DNA from: Octopus sinensis | Lineage: Eukaryota | Direction of reading: 5' to 3' | Length of the DNA stretch: 64,000 nucleotides | Assembly (NCBI RefSeq): GCF_006345805.1 | Contig: NC_043004.1 | Location: forward strand, 80,042,001 to 80,106,000 | In this document: positions 42,191 through 55,863 of the stretch, piece by piece | Layout: each line of letters opens with the position of its first letter | Position numbering within the stretch: the stretch's first letter is position 1 | The notes under the pieces: model-generated | Database searches by the model: none | The model's input: only the letters and a program-made list of their open reading frames with translations | What the model was told of the DNA's origin: nothing | Made by a program: the position numbers and the translations under genes

Positions 42191-43075
42191 TTGCACCTTT
42201 TACCCCATAAATAAAACCAAATTTTTTCTTACATTCACAATTCACTATTACCTTATATCCGTTAGACAATTATTATTTATATAATGTTATTATGGATTTT
42301 CCACTTCCTTCATGCCAAACTGGATTCGCAATTCTTATTCTATTTTCGTAATTAGTTATACATAAACATAATCAACCTACTAAATACCGATAATTGTAAC
42401 TTTCTTTAAAAAACAGTCTTACGACTTTGTCTCAGTTTTATTTCTCCTACATTGTTAATTACTTAGCTTTTTGAATACCAAAAATTTTCATTTTCATTTT
42501 CCTGGAACGGTTTTTTCAATATTTTTAGCTCCAGCAATTATTTACTATCTTAATTCTGTAATATTGACAACTATACTTCTATTTTTATTTCTGTACCTTA
42601 CATTTCATTCACACAAATGAATATAATTTTTTACACTAATTTTTTTTGTATTATATAGTGCTATTCTCTAATAATTCTGTTCTTTTCGTTTGTATTCAAG
42701 TAGGCTAATAAAACCATATTAATTAGCTTTTATTTTTATTTTCGCACAAAAAATTGATATTTTAAAGCAATAGCTTCTATAAATATACACCGTACCTTAT
42801 ATTACTGACATATTACTTATAACTGTCAAGTCATATCCTAATTCAAATATAACTATGCTGTCCCATTGAACATCTATGTCTTACTTCTTTTGATAAATGC
42901 TTTATTTGGAGTGAATATTACATTTCTTATTTTCATATAGAGGGAATGTTTCTTAAACATCTTTCATTTATATTTTCAAATAACCGTTGGCCGCATCAGT
43001 TTCAGTTTTTTCACAACTAGATTCAACAGCATTTTTTTAGTCTGCTCTTGATCTTTCATAAGGATAAGTATGTAT
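41270..43075. repeat. Large AT-rich inverted duplication (41270-41765 vs 42190-43075), spacer contains (TAA)n
   Basis: Shared CTATGAAAGATCAAGA.CAGACTAA, GAAGTATAGTTGTCAATATTACAGAATTAAGAT and TTGTCTAACGGATATA.GGTAATAGTGAATTGTGAATGTAAGAAAAAATTTG in opposite orientations; the right copy has ~370 bp extra. Confidence 0.8.
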
Positions 43076-43385
43076 GTTATTTTTCTACTTCCTCCATTAA
43101 GTCTTCTGTAACAATAATGATAATTTCTTGAAACATTCTTTTTTTGCATTGAGGAGAACAATAATATGAAATTAATTTAAGTTAAGTTAATAAATTTCTA
43201 ATTATTCTACTATGTTATCTGCATGTTATTATTGCTGTGCGAAACGATCGTATGCATGAGTTAAAATTCTTTTTAAATTTTTAAATCTCTTCATCTTTAA
43301 TAGTTTGTTCAGTTTGTAAGGGGTACATTTCCATAAATTCTTATCACAAACCATAGTTATGTACATATACATAAGTATATGCATG

Positions 43386-43506
<121 letters not shown>

Positions 43507-44534
43507 ACGTTTATATATTTGTTGTGCAAGATTTTTTATGTGAAGTCGTGTGTTGAAACAGACATTGTTGTATTTCGGAATGGTCATTTTGCCAGTTTAG
43601 CCAATAAAAACACACGCACTATATATTTGGTGTTACTTTGCTTCGGTGTTATTTCTATTGGTTTGGTAATAGATATAGTTACGATCGCATTAATGGTGGT
43701 GATTGTGATAGGATGGGGAAAACACAGGCGCACAAATATATACATACCTACAAACATACAAGAAAGCAAAGGACCACTGATGCGGTCACAGGAGTGTGAC
43801 GAAAGAACTCTGGCCGAAATAAGATTAAGATTAATGTAAAAAATAAATAACACTGAAGCAAAGTAACACCAAATATATAGTGCGTGTGTTTTTATTGGCT
43901 AAACTGGCAAAATAACCATTCCGAAATACAACAATATATATATATATATATATTATTTATTCATATATATTTATATTTATATATACGCGCAAACAAATGT
44001 ATACGTATATACACATATGCATATATCAACACAATTTGCGTAGCTATAATTACATATATTGAATGTTTTTAATATGTAAATATTATTAGAAAAGATACCA
44101 GTGGTGGGTCGCAAGGTTTTACAGAACATACAATTTTCCATCTAATTTTCAAACGTTCTTCGACTAGTATTACTAAATTCCCCTGGAAATTAAAAGACAT
44201 TAATATAAGTTTTAAAATTAGATTTAAGATTAAATGGTCAACAAATCCTCACCACCCACTTGATAGAATTTGTCAACTCAGTACATCCGAACGCTATAAT
44301 ATTCTTTTTCAGTAGAAAATTATTAAATGAGAGGTTTAAAAAGTTCTCACCATTCTTACACACTCCTAAATATCTATTTGGTAAATATTATTAACCATTC
44401 CTTAAATATTAATATCACTTATATTTAGGTCTAGTATTAACCATTTACTAAATTTGATCCTTACTGAAATAGATCCTTGTTAGAACCGGAATTTATATCC
44501 ATATTCTAATACATATAATATCATATATATATAT

Positions 44535-44583
<49 letters not shown>

Positions 44584-44679
44584 CATGTAATATTTTGAAT
44601 TCGCCTTAAATGGTCCCTTTACATACTGAATACTTGGTGGAATTGATTAATAATTAATTAATTTTACCCTCAATTGTTG

Positions 44680-44752
<73 letters not shown>

Positions 44753-45003
44753 CAGTAAATCATTCAATCTTATTTATTTCGTACTATATATAAATAACAT
44801 TCCCTTACCTTTAAAGTTATTGCATATCCGTTACGTTATTTCTTTCTTACTTTTCAACAGTAAAGTAAATTATAGAACAATTCATATTTTTTGGGTTATT
44901 TTTAAATTTAAATATCATAATCGATGTACCTACTAAATAGTTCCAATGTATTTTAGTAACCTATTGACTATTATACATAAATTTAGATAGTTTGGATTTT
45001 TTC

Positions 45004-45053
45004 ATATTGCATAATATGATACAACCGAATATTGCATAATATGATACAACCGA
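45004..45053. repeat. Tandem 25-bp duplication
   Basis: ATATTGCATAATATGATACAACCGA x2. Confidence 0.9.
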
Positions 45054-46508
45054 ATATTCTCCAATTTACATATTAACATAGATAATATATAACAATTATA
45101 AGCATATTATACTACATTATAGCCAATGCCTCAATAATACTCTCATATAATCTACCAGCTTTTTTATTTCATTATATGATAGTTTTGTTTTCCTTCCCCC
45201 TGTTCAATTTTTTCCTTTTCTAACAGATTAACTGAAAAATTCTAAACATTAAGCCTAACCTTATTGCTTTATCTTTTCTAATAGTATTTATTTATAAAAC
45301 ATATCTTTGACACAGGGTCTATATATATATAATTATAACGATATAAATTTTGTTGATATATGCATGTGTGTATGTATGAATATATATGTATACATTTCAT
45401 CATATATATATACACACACACACTTATATACATTTATATATATATATATGCATACATACATGCACACACTCATATCTATGTTTGTAGGTATGTATGTATT
45501 TGTGTGCTTGTGTTTGCCACTCCTACCAAAACCACCACCATTAATGAGATAGTGACTCATGTATAGCTTTCCTGAAATGTATCTATTACCAAACCAATAG
45601 AAATAATTGATTTTTATATACAACCGATAAAGAATATTTTTTCATCTAACCTATCTTTCATTTATTTTATAAGATAATTTGTTCCCTTGTATACTTAAGT
45701 ATTATTACTTTTATTTTTATTTTTATTTTGTACTATATATATTTCTTCTTTTTATTTAGATTTTATACCAAATATATTTTATTTTTTATTTACATTTTCT
45801 ACTATCTATATTTTCTTTATTTACATTTTATATTATATATATTTTACATATATATATTATTAACTTTCTATTTACCATCGATTTTTTTTCTCATTCTTAT
45901 CTTTCTTTACCCTTATTATTTTAGGTTATATTTATTTTATTGTTTTCTATTTTGAATTTTTATTTACATTACTTTGTACTAAATGGCATCTTCACTAATA
46001 TCTGATACTCACCAACTAGATACACGTAGATTATATATAGGATCTAACTTCTTAAACTCATTAATATGCTCTATACATCCTTCAAAGAAAAATGTTAACC
46101 TTAATTCTTTAAGCTCATATGAACCCTGAAGAAGTTCTACCCCGTATAGTTAATTATAATACATTTCTGAGCTTATAACCAAAATGCTTATAATTGCATA
46201 TAAACTAGAGGTTAAACTGAAACATATATGTAGATTTTTCACACCTCTCATTCTCCTTCAGAGCTTTACAACTTATAATTTATTTGTATTGTTATCGTTT
46301 TTAAAAATTTCAACCTCTTTATATCATATAACTAAATTATTCATTCCCCCATCTTTCTCCAGTTTCTTCTTTTTTCCAATAATGATGATAATTATCACTG
46401 CAAAATCCCCTAATATATGGCAGAAACTTTCTCCTTATATGATAGTGATTATCCAGTGGAATATTTGGGCTATATAATGCTTAATGTGGATCTAACTTCC
46501 TCGAATTA

Positions 46509-46539
<31 letters not shown>

Positions 46540-46543
<4 letters not shown>

Positions 46544-47498
46544 TCTTTTACTTGTTTCAGTCATTTGACAGTGGCCATTCTGGAGCACCGCATTTAGCCG
46601 AGCAAATCGACCCCAAGAATTATTCTTTGGAAGCCTAGTACTTATTCAATCTGTGTCTTTTTGCCGAACCGCAAAGTTATGCGGACGTAAAAACAACACG
46701 ATCGGTTGTCAAGCGATATTGGGGGAACAAACACAGACACGCAACCATATACAAATACACTATATATATATATATGACGGGTTTCTTTCAGTTTCCGTCT
46801 ACCAAATCCACTCACAAGGGTTTGGTCGGCCGAGGATACAGTAGAAGATACTTGCCCAAGGTGCCACGCAGTAGGAATGAACCCGGAACCTTGTGGTTGC
46901 TAAGCAAGCTATTGGGTTGTCCGGAAATTTCGTGCCGATTCATAGTAGCTTATATTTCGACTTATTTTAGAACATGGTTGAGTCCATAAAATAGGATTTG
47001 ACTACACCTCCATTTCGAGCATAGTTTAATTTATCTTTTTGTGGAAGAAGGTTTATGTTCCTATAACCTGTGTTAATATTGTAACCATTTAAAATGGAAG
47101 ATAAGAAAGTTCATTTTCGGCAGTTGATGCTTTGGGAACCAAACAAAAATTGTTCAGCTGGGATGTGTTACTCTACCCTCCATATTCACCAGATATTGCT
47201 CTTTCGGATTTCCACTTATTCAGGTCGCTGCAGAATAGTCTTAATGGTAAAAATTTCAAATCCTTGGATGACGTAAAAAGATACATTTACAAATTCTTTG
47301 CCATGAAACCCCCTCAATTCTGGGAAGAGGGTATTTTTAAGTTAAAAGAAAGATAGAGACGTATTGTGCAACAAAATGGTTCATATTTGGTTGATTATAA
47401 ATGTGGCGGCAAGTATTTATTGACGTCTTTCTTTCCTTTAAAAATCGGCATGAACTTTCCGGACAACTCAATAATTACCACACAGCCACTCCTACGCC
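46540..47498 (-). mobile_element. SINE family A interrupted in its head by a mariner insertion
   Basis: The SINE body 46540-46911 continues at 47472-47498 (ATTACCACACAGCCACTCCTACGCC), matching intact 27320-27346. Confidence 0.88.
46912..47471 (+). mobile_element. Internally deleted mariner (DD34D-type) element, 29-bp TIRs, TA TSD
   Basis: TTGGGTTGTCCGGAAATTTCGTGCCGATT / AATCGGCATGAACTTTCCGGACAACTCAA; MEDKKVHFRQLMLWE joined directly to C-terminal YPPYSPDIALSDFHLFRSLQNSL. Confidence 0.92.
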
Positions 47499-47659
47499 AG
47501 AATGCAGGTACAATCTTGTGGGTACGTATACACGCGTACGCATGCATACACACGTATACACTCGTACATGCACCCACATACACATACACAGGTACGTACA
47601 CACACGCACGGACGCGCGCACATAGTCACATAGTCACACGCACACACTCACACACACAC

Positions 47660-47713
<54 letters not shown>

Positions 47714-47975
47714 CTTTATTATAGCGTGATAAATAGCAATTCTCACGGTTTCCGTGTAAGGGAAGGAGTAGTTAATCAGAGTGTCACGCCATTCGATTTA
47801 TTTGTGGAAGCATTTTCATTTCAATTTTAAAAAACAGCAAGCGAGAATTGAAAACGAGAATATAATTCAATACGAAATAAAGGAGACAAGATATCTATTC
47901 TGTGCGAGAAGTTATAGTTATTTCCTTATTCTGAAACTGTCTGAAGTGCTATTCATCACAATATAATAAAGAAAT

Positions 47976-48324
47976 ATGAATTACTTACCAGTTAGTCACG
48001 ACATTCGAAGAGGAAATCTTCACGTAATTATATTTTCAGTGCTATTATTATGCTTGGGCAGTAATGTAGCCTGCAGGGAATATTATGGAATTCGTGTTCC
48101 ACCACCTGTAACTGCCATTCCAGAAGCTGACAAGTTGATTAAGATGTCAAACATTCGATCACGAATTGAGTGCTTCTCTCTTTGTACGACATATTCCGAA
48201 TGTGGTATGATTATTTACAGCGCTTCCGACAAAGTATGTATCCTGCGTAAAATCAAGCAACTACCTGGTGCCTCATCATTCATCGACATTCCTGCAAACA
48301 GTATTTACACCATGCTACAAGCCC
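47976..48324 (+). CDS. Lectin gene copy 2, exon 1: signal peptide + PAN/apple-like module
   Basis: 75/83 aa identical to copy 1 from REYY onward; donor GTGAGT at 48325; upstream ~150 bp also homologous to 5040-5180. Confidence 0.8.
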
Positions 48325-48879
48325 GTGAGTAGTTTTCTATACTTTGTGTGTGTTATGCATAATATTAATTTTCTTTCAACCCATGTAGGAAAGGCGTCTT
48401 ATATCTGTGTCTTTTTATCTGTCTTATTGAAGATGATATCGGACGACCTAGCGAAATTTGAATGCTACTATTTCTTATCGGTCAAGCAACGACGTAAAGG
48501 TTCATTTTTGGATCACATTACGCATGTCCTGAAAAATTATTCTTAAAATCATTTAATAGGTAGTCATGGTATCTTATCTTAAATCTGTGATGTATCTCTG
48601 CCTACCTAACATCATCATTTTTTCCTAAGGCGGCAGGATGTTTGATTGAAAGCGATTTAGTTGTTATTTCTAAGATGTCTACCAGCCACATAGGGGCTAC
48701 CTTTCGGTCTGTATTGTGCGGATCACTGGTTTAAATCAATATCTCTCCCAGTATGGCGAATTGGGAAAATGCTAGGGCTCCCCGAAATAACGTGTTTTTT
48801 TTTTTTTAATTAAATAAAAGAAGAATAATCTATAGATTGAACGCTATTCATAATTATCCCGAATATCATATTAGTACAT

Positions 48880-49760
48880 AATGTTTATATGACCAACTCC
48901 TCTCTCTCTCTAAAATAGTACTTGCTTCTTATTAAAAGCAGTGTGGCAACAAGTTCTGAATATCAAAATTTTTGGAAAAGTCGTTCGAAGGTAATCGCCT
49001 TGAAATACCACGTTTTCAATTTCAATGAGCAAACCTTTATATTTTCTGAGCTTGGCGAATTCTTTTTCCGAGATATTATTATCATAGGGAATACTCATGT
49101 CGATCAATAAACAGACATCATTGTTTTTTTCTTCTATAATATCCGCTATATTAGGTATGATGGTTCGGTCTGTATATAATGGAAAGTCCCTAAGAATTGT
49201 TACATTTTTTTTTTACCTCAGTTACAACTTCAGAGTGGTGATTATACCACTTGTCAGCAGTTTTGATTTTATTATGCCGACATATCAACCAATGTAGATA
49301 TTGACTAATTCTGTCATTTCCTGATTTATACTCTACTGGTGCTGAGACTACATCCAGAGCTTAGGTGGTCAACTATTTCAATCACATCATTGCAGAATCA
49401 GCATTTTGGATCTACTCCATTTTACATTGCATTGGGTCTGTAGTACCGGGTCAATATGCTTTGATCTTGAGTAGCTGAGAGTAAGCCTTGCTCTCTGCTT
49501 TTAGCCCTGAGCTCCGTAGCCACTAATGGTTAGCTTCTGGTCAACAGCTGCTTGTTTGCTATGTGTCGCATATTTGTCATGGAGTGGTTTCTGCTCCCAT
49601 CTATCAGCCTACTGCTCATGCTTTGTTTTTGGCAACTAATCTCACTTCTTTTGTAACAAGAGTTGCTACACGTCTCCCCAGGTCGTTCAACCTGGGCATC
49701 ATGTATGAGATCAATAGCAAATTCTTGCACAAATTTAGAGGTGAAAGTGAGTCACTATTG
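48880..49760 (-). mobile_element. R4/Dong-type non-LTR element, 3' part (CCHC + restriction-like endonuclease), decayed
   Basis: WEQKPLHDKY, ATQDQSILTRYY, PKC*FC..IVDHLSSGC, DRISQYLHWLIC, LIDMSIPYDNNISEKEFAKLRKY. Confidence 0.8.
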
Positions 49761-50276
49761 AAAATAACACAGTTGACGTTCATATTCTGCAGATAGTACT
49801 CCATTAGAGTGATGTAATTAAAGATTCGTATTCCTCAATGACATATGCTTCAAGAAATTTGAAATTACATGGGTACTTTTTTCCTAATTCTCATCTTTTA
49901 CTCTTTCGGGACTTTCTTATTTATCCTTCCATCACCCTATCGTCTTACAGTATTCTTAGTTATTTATGTATCTCATTATTCCACAGTGATGTAATGAATT
50001 TTTCTGGTAGCAATTAGCACCGAGCATTTATCTATAGCAAACTGCATTCCATTATATTTACTGTACAGACTCAGTGTTTGGGTAAAAGTAATCCAGATCT
50101 TACTAATTTTCTGTATATAGCTAGAGATCATCCATTTAAACTGGTTTATTTTCATCTTAGTTTTCGTAAGCGGGACTGGATTTTCTCAGTATGCTTTCAG
50201 TGGAATTAACATAATCACTCGTATTTTATTTAATATTCTACCAATACTATATATCTATCTACCTATCTATCGATAT

Positions 50277-50711
50277 ACATTCACTGCTTTCTTCCAAGGA
50301 ATCTAGTGCTGTTAGCTTAGTTTTTCCTTGGAGCTGGATAGATTGGAGTAATATCGAGTATAACCAGCCGAAATTGACCGGTGTTTGGCCAAGCCTGAGC
50401 TTTTTTCTTGGTTCGACTTCCATCCGTGCAACATCTATATTACTCCCCATGCCTGTCGTTTCTTATGTCTCTGCCGTAAAGCTTCATTTCCACACAATCC
50501 ATCTTAATTTAATTCGTCCTTAGTCGAAAGATACCTGTTGTTAATGTTCTGTAATTTTTCATTTGTATTTGTGTACAATTTCTCCGTTTTTTCCCGTCTT
50601 TGTTTGCGTATACATTCGCTGTTTTCTTCCAAGGAATCTAGTGCTCTTAGCTTAGTTTATTCTTGGAGCTGGCGAGATTGGAGCGATCTCGAGTATATCC
50701 AGCCGAAATTG
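50277..50711. repeat. 100-bp direct repeat pair (50277-50376 / 50612-50711)
   Basis: ACATTC.CTG.TTTCTTCCAAGGAATCTAGTGCT.TTAGCTTAGTTT..CTTGGAGCTGG..AGATTGGAG...CCAGCCGAAATTG. Confidence 0.85.
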
Positions 50712-50898
50712 CAAAGATATTCTGGAACTCGACTGAGGAAAGAAAACTCCGAACAACCCGGTTTTTCTTGTCGGTTTTTTGTATCATCTATCTTGGTGTT
50801 TTGTTGTCCCATTCTATATCATCTAGCTGTCTGGATGTTTTGTATTCTTGTCACATTTTTGTATTCCTTTATCTATTCATATATATATATATATACAT

Positions 50899-50981
<83 letters not shown>

Positions 50982-51041
50982 TATGTATATATGAATATGT
51001 ATATATATATATAAAGATATATATATATGTATATATATACG

Positions 51042-51075
<34 letters not shown>

Positions 51076-51129
51076 TGTATGTATGTATGTATGTATGTAT
51101 AAATAGTAGATCAACAGTTAAACTTGATT

Positions 51130-51986
51130 TCTTTCTACATTCTCTTTGCTCCTATGACAATAGATCTACCTTTAATTATATGCTTCATCTGGTGTGAGGC
51201 CGCTTAATGTTTCTTTCCTGAATAGTGGTAAGCAAATAATAGGTCAATAATTGCTGACTTCTCCTCTCTTTTCATAGTCATTCTAGATCAGTACTCTCCT
51301 TCCTTTTGTCATCCATGCTGGTGTTCCATTTTTTTTATGCAATGAGTAAAAAATGGTCGTATATAGGTGTGTATACTTGGAAAGTTTTAAGCCAGAAACA
51401 ACGGACACCATCTGTCCCTGGATGTTTTCGGTTTGGTATTTTCTTCAACATACTCTTTAGTCTCTTATCCGTGATAGTTATATTTCCTTGTGCCCTCCCG
51501 TCTTCCATTTCTCTTTGAAATCCCACAACAGTGATATTTGTGCCCAGAATTTTCTTGCTATTGAAGCATCTGGCATATCGTTTCCCTAATATACTTTTCC
51601 TTTGTTCAGTTGTTTATAGAATGTACTTCCATTGTTCTTGAAGAGCCTATTCTTCTGTCACTGATGTGTTCTCTGTTGGCATCTATAATTTTTTCCCCTT
51701 CCCTGCTTTGGTTTCTTTGTTCTCCTTCTCTAACTGTTTGCAGTCTTTTCTGTCTTTCGCTGTTTCTTTGCCGTCCGTTCCTGAGCCTTTCCTTCAACTT
51801 CTCCTTTTTATCAATGTATTTATCCATCCTAAAACTCTTTTGAGCTGCACAATTTGATTCTCAAGCCTTCTTCTTCTCCTCCTCCTCCTCCTCTTCCTTC
51901 TTCTTCTTCTTCTTCTTCTTCTTCTTCTACTACTACTACTACTATTATTATTATTATTATTATCATCATCATTATTATTATTATTA

Positions 51987-52033
<47 letters not shown>

Positions 52034-52230
52034 GTTATTATCATTATTATTATTATTATTATTATTATTGTTATTATTAATGATCTGACAGTGTTAGTGG
52101 TATCATGCACAGTACAAAAATCAGTGAGGAGGGGGAGTCATCTTGGATGATGCCTCTCCTGATTTCTATTTGCCCACACATCTTCCATATGCTGTGAGTT
52201 CTGTCCTACACTTCGCCTTACTTTTTCCAA
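51130..52230 (-). mobile_element. R4/Dong-type RT fragments separated by (TAA)n/(TTC)n tracts
   Basis: KKIPNRKHPGTDGVRCFWLK (APGPDG-like), SNY*PIICL (~51225-51250), IRRGIIQDDSP..FVLCMIPL (~52090-52170). Confidence 0.65.
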
Positions 52231-52741
52231 GCAATCACTCTAAATTCGATGCAATACCAAATAGGTTCAGTGAGGAACCAGACTGGAAACGGAAAATCAG
52301 CTACTGGTTCAACTCTTCCAAAAACACAGGAGCTGGAAGTACCTCACAACCGGAATATTCCAACAGATAAATATTTCCCCACAAATAAAACTAGTACTGT
52401 ACAAACCTACTTATTAATTAACACAAATCGGATGAGCCATCCGGTTTGTGTTTATGGTTGGTTCAGAGATTATTTCACTTTGCATATCAGTTATATTAAA
52501 CAAGCTGATTTTTCGTATCCAGTCTGGTTCCTCACTGGGTTACGCAACCCTTGTTTGACGACCTTTCCGTTCTCTGAATGAAAACATTTCTTATAACGTA
52601 GCTTCATAAGGCTAACAGAGCTGTATTCGTCTGTAGTGCCTTTGTTGATAGATTTTTCTCAATTCATGGTTTTTTTGTGGTGTTTTTAAACTTATGAATT
52701 GTTCACTCTGTCTGTGTTAGTTCGAAAAATTAAAAAAATGA

Positions 52742-52806
52742 TTTTGCTTTGTTGTTTCGTTTTTGCTTTGTTGTTTCGTTTTTGCTTTGTTGTTTCGTTT
52801 TTGCTT
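52742..52806. repeat. 19-bp minisatellite x3.4
   Basis: TTTTGCTTTGTTGTTTCGT repeated. Confidence 0.9.
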
Positions 52807-53234
52807 CATTTGTGACACGTGCTTTCATATTCGTATATGTGACTCCTATAAATTTCACGTAGTTGTGTAAACATTGGGATGTATATAAGATTGTGTAGAC
52901 ATTCGAATGTATGCGTAATTACTCAATTTATGTTCTTTCTGTTTTGTTCCATTTATATTTTATAATTTGTAAACTTTCCGGTGTTGGTTTCGCATATGTT
53001 TCGCACATGTTTCACTGGGACATCGTACATAAGAGAAACTGTGCTTTGTATGGCAGTAAAATTTCGCTTTTGTGATTATTTTCCTCAAAAGACCGCTTCC
53101 TTCAAGTCTTCTACAGGTTCCTTTATCCCATTCCACCGATGTTATTACATTAGATTTGTTTTTGAATAGAGAGCCCAGTGTAGCACGTCCATGTTGTTAT
53201 TCAACGCGGAGCACATTTTCTGTTATTCCTTATA

Positions 53235-53296
<62 letters not shown>

Positions 53297-53344
53297 TATT
53301 ATTGTTATTATTATTATTATTATTATCATTATTATTATTCCTGC

Positions 53345-54300
53345 GTAACACAGTGCAGATAAAAATGCACCGGAGTCTTTAGTCATCTGTCAAGTCACAA
53401 GTACCACAGACAGATAATACTTTCCTTAAGATGTGCACTGTTACCCACTGAGACTGCTTTTTGCAAGACATCAAATCTTGCGTGAGATTTTCAGTTGCCT
53501 TAAGAAGTCTTGGAGTTTCAATGGGATTGAGCCCAACGCTCTGATCCCCACTGGTATCACTTTTACATTACCCTCTCGCATTCTATACAGTCTTGCCATT
53601 TCCACTTTCGAAGTACTTAGTAATTTTTTTCAACCTCTTTACTCACAACATTCATGTCATTTGGTATGGCTACATCAATGATCTGACAGTATTTGTCTCT
53701 CTTGTTCAATAGGACAATATCCGGCCGACGGTTTTTGACTACCAATACGTCTGGAAATCATAGTCCCAAAATATTGTTACTTTTCCATCTTCCTGCATAA
53801 TTTTACATACACATACCAGTTATCTGTAACTTCATATTGATATTTACGGCATAAGAACGAATGAAGTTACACACACACTTTATTGTGACGGCGTTTGTAT
53901 TCTTTTTGTGCAATTCTCTCACACCCACTTACGAAGTGAGTCACATTTTCCAAACTCTTTCCACAGAGACTGCATTTCTGGGTGTCAGAAGTTTTATAGA
54001 TGCTATACTTCACTGAACTGGTAGCGAGAGCCTGGTCTTGTGCACCAATGATCAGGCTTTCGGTGGTATGCTTCAAATCCCCTCACCAAGACATGCCCAC
54101 AATGTTGTATTATCCTTAACGTCTTGTGTATACCTTTCAAAATGTCCATGGATTCTCATTTCAAGAAAGTCTTCTCTCTCCTCAGCTCTTTGATTAATCT
54201 CTGCTTTTCCCATCATTTCATCTGCATTTATACCCATATCGTTCGCGGCATATTGAGTAGGTCTTCATCACTATTATCACATACTCGGCATGCGTCCTTC
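53345..54300 (-). mobile_element. R4/Dong-type element 3' part ending in (TAA)n
   Basis: ESLIIGAQDQALAT, KCSLC..ENVTHFVSGC..KEYKRRHN, IFWDY, RRPDIVL..IIDVAIPND..EKITKY, IPVGIRALG; (TAA)n tail 53232-53340. Confidence 0.85.
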
Positions 54301-54314
54301 TATTATTACTTATA

Positions 54315-54400
54315 CAAGTGTTGAAAATGTGAGCCACTTGGTAAGTGGATGTGAGAGGCTTGCACAAAAAGAATACAAACGCCGCCAACATAAAGTGTGC

Positions 54401-54431
<31 letters not shown>

Positions 54432-54583
54432 TCTTCATTGACTCTTAAGGCAACTGGAAATCTCATGCAAGATTGATTGATGTCTTGCAAAATGCAGCCT
54501 TATTGGGCACAGGATATTATCTATCTGAGATCCTTGTTGTGGCTTGACAGATGACTAGTCTCCGGTTCACTTTTACCTACATT

Positions 54584-54585
<2 letters not shown>
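54315..54585 (+). mobile_element. Internally deleted inverted copy of the 53345-54300 element
   Basis: GAAAATGTGAGCCACTTGGTAAGTGGATGTGAGAGGCTTGCACAAAAAGAATACAAACGCC and 3' GCTTGACAGATGACTA..CTCCGG match the left element; followed by (TAG)n(TAA)n. Confidence 0.8.
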
Positions 54586-54625
<40 letters not shown>

Positions 54626-54649
54626 ATTATAATAATTATAATTATTATA

Positions 54650-54700
<51 letters not shown>

Positions 54701-54717
54701 ATTATCATTAATATTGA

Positions 54718-54785
<68 letters not shown>

Positions 54786-54786
<1 letters not shown>

Positions 54787-55293
54787 CGATAACCTCCATC
54801 TTCTGCACTACATCATAGAGAGGGTGGGTAACTATTCCATAGTGTTGGCATAGCTTCCAGTGTATGTAGGTCTCTGTCGTGTCTGTGAATATATTCCTTC
54901 TTAGCCAGGACTGGACAGCCAGAGACAATATGATTTATTGTTTCTTGTCCATCTCTAGATATTCTGTCTCTCTTAATTATATGTTTTTGGTAATTTCTGG
55001 CGAGAAGGCTTTGGTCTTGTGCTGCAATTAAAAATCCTTCAGTCGCTGCTTTGAGTCTTGGGCTTCTCAGCCATTGCGGGGATTTTGCATTATCTATTTA
55101 TTTTGCGTTTAGTTTAACCCAGTATTTTCCATGAAGGGGCTTTTCTTGCCATCCTTTTATCATGATCCGTTGCCGAGCAGAATATTTGCTGCTAACCATC
55201 TTTTATACCAAGACAAGTCGATGTACATTATAACACTTCCAGCACGTTAAGATCAGAAGCCATAAGAGCCACTGTTCGGTACGGCATCTGGGC

Positions 55294-55295
<2 letters not shown>
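54786..55295 (-). mobile_element. Short R4/Dong-derived deletion element bounded by (TAA)n on both sides
   Basis: EKPLHGKY, EGFLIAAQDQSLL, QETINHIVSGCPVLAKKE, HRHD, YIHWKLCQHYG. Confidence 0.78.
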
Positions 55296-55354
<59 letters not shown>

Positions 55355-55531
55355 GTTCTTCTTCTTCTTCTACTTCTTCTTCTTCTTCTTGTCGTCGTTG
55401 TTGTTGTTGTTGTTGTCGTCGTCGTCATCGTCATCTTCCTCCACTTCGTCCACCTCCTCCTCCTCATCATCATCATCATCACCATTATTATTATTATTAT
55501 TATTATCATTATTATTATTATTATTATTATT

Positions 55532-55863
55532 GAGTGAGCGAGCAGAGCATGCCATCGAAGTGACACTGGGGTAAAATATACGAAGCCCAGTATACCCATC
55601 ATGACTACCCGTCTGATAAGGGTACACCAGGCACATGCATCACAACCATATGTGCGCGACATGGTGATCTCATATCAAGATAAACAGCACATGACCTTGC
55701 AGGTGGAGCCCAGTTAGAATTTTCTTCAGATCGAGTAACCCATCCCGCTCAAAAGGTCCCTGAATAAGGCTTGTTTAAGGATGTTGAACGAAACACCCAT
55801 GTTTCCAGAGGTGAATTATTCTTACCCCAAAGAATCCTTCTCAACACATGGCTATGATGCTCC
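55532..55863 (-). repeat. ~330-bp non-coding element embedded in a (TAA)n tract
   Basis: GC-balanced unique sequence with (TTA)n directly abutting both ends; no TIR or long ORF seen. Confidence 0.55.

Noticed and set aside
43530-43565. ATGTGAAGTCGTGTGTTGAAACAGAC as a possible hammerhead remnant
   Set aside because: The core and helix II are too degenerate in all copies seen.
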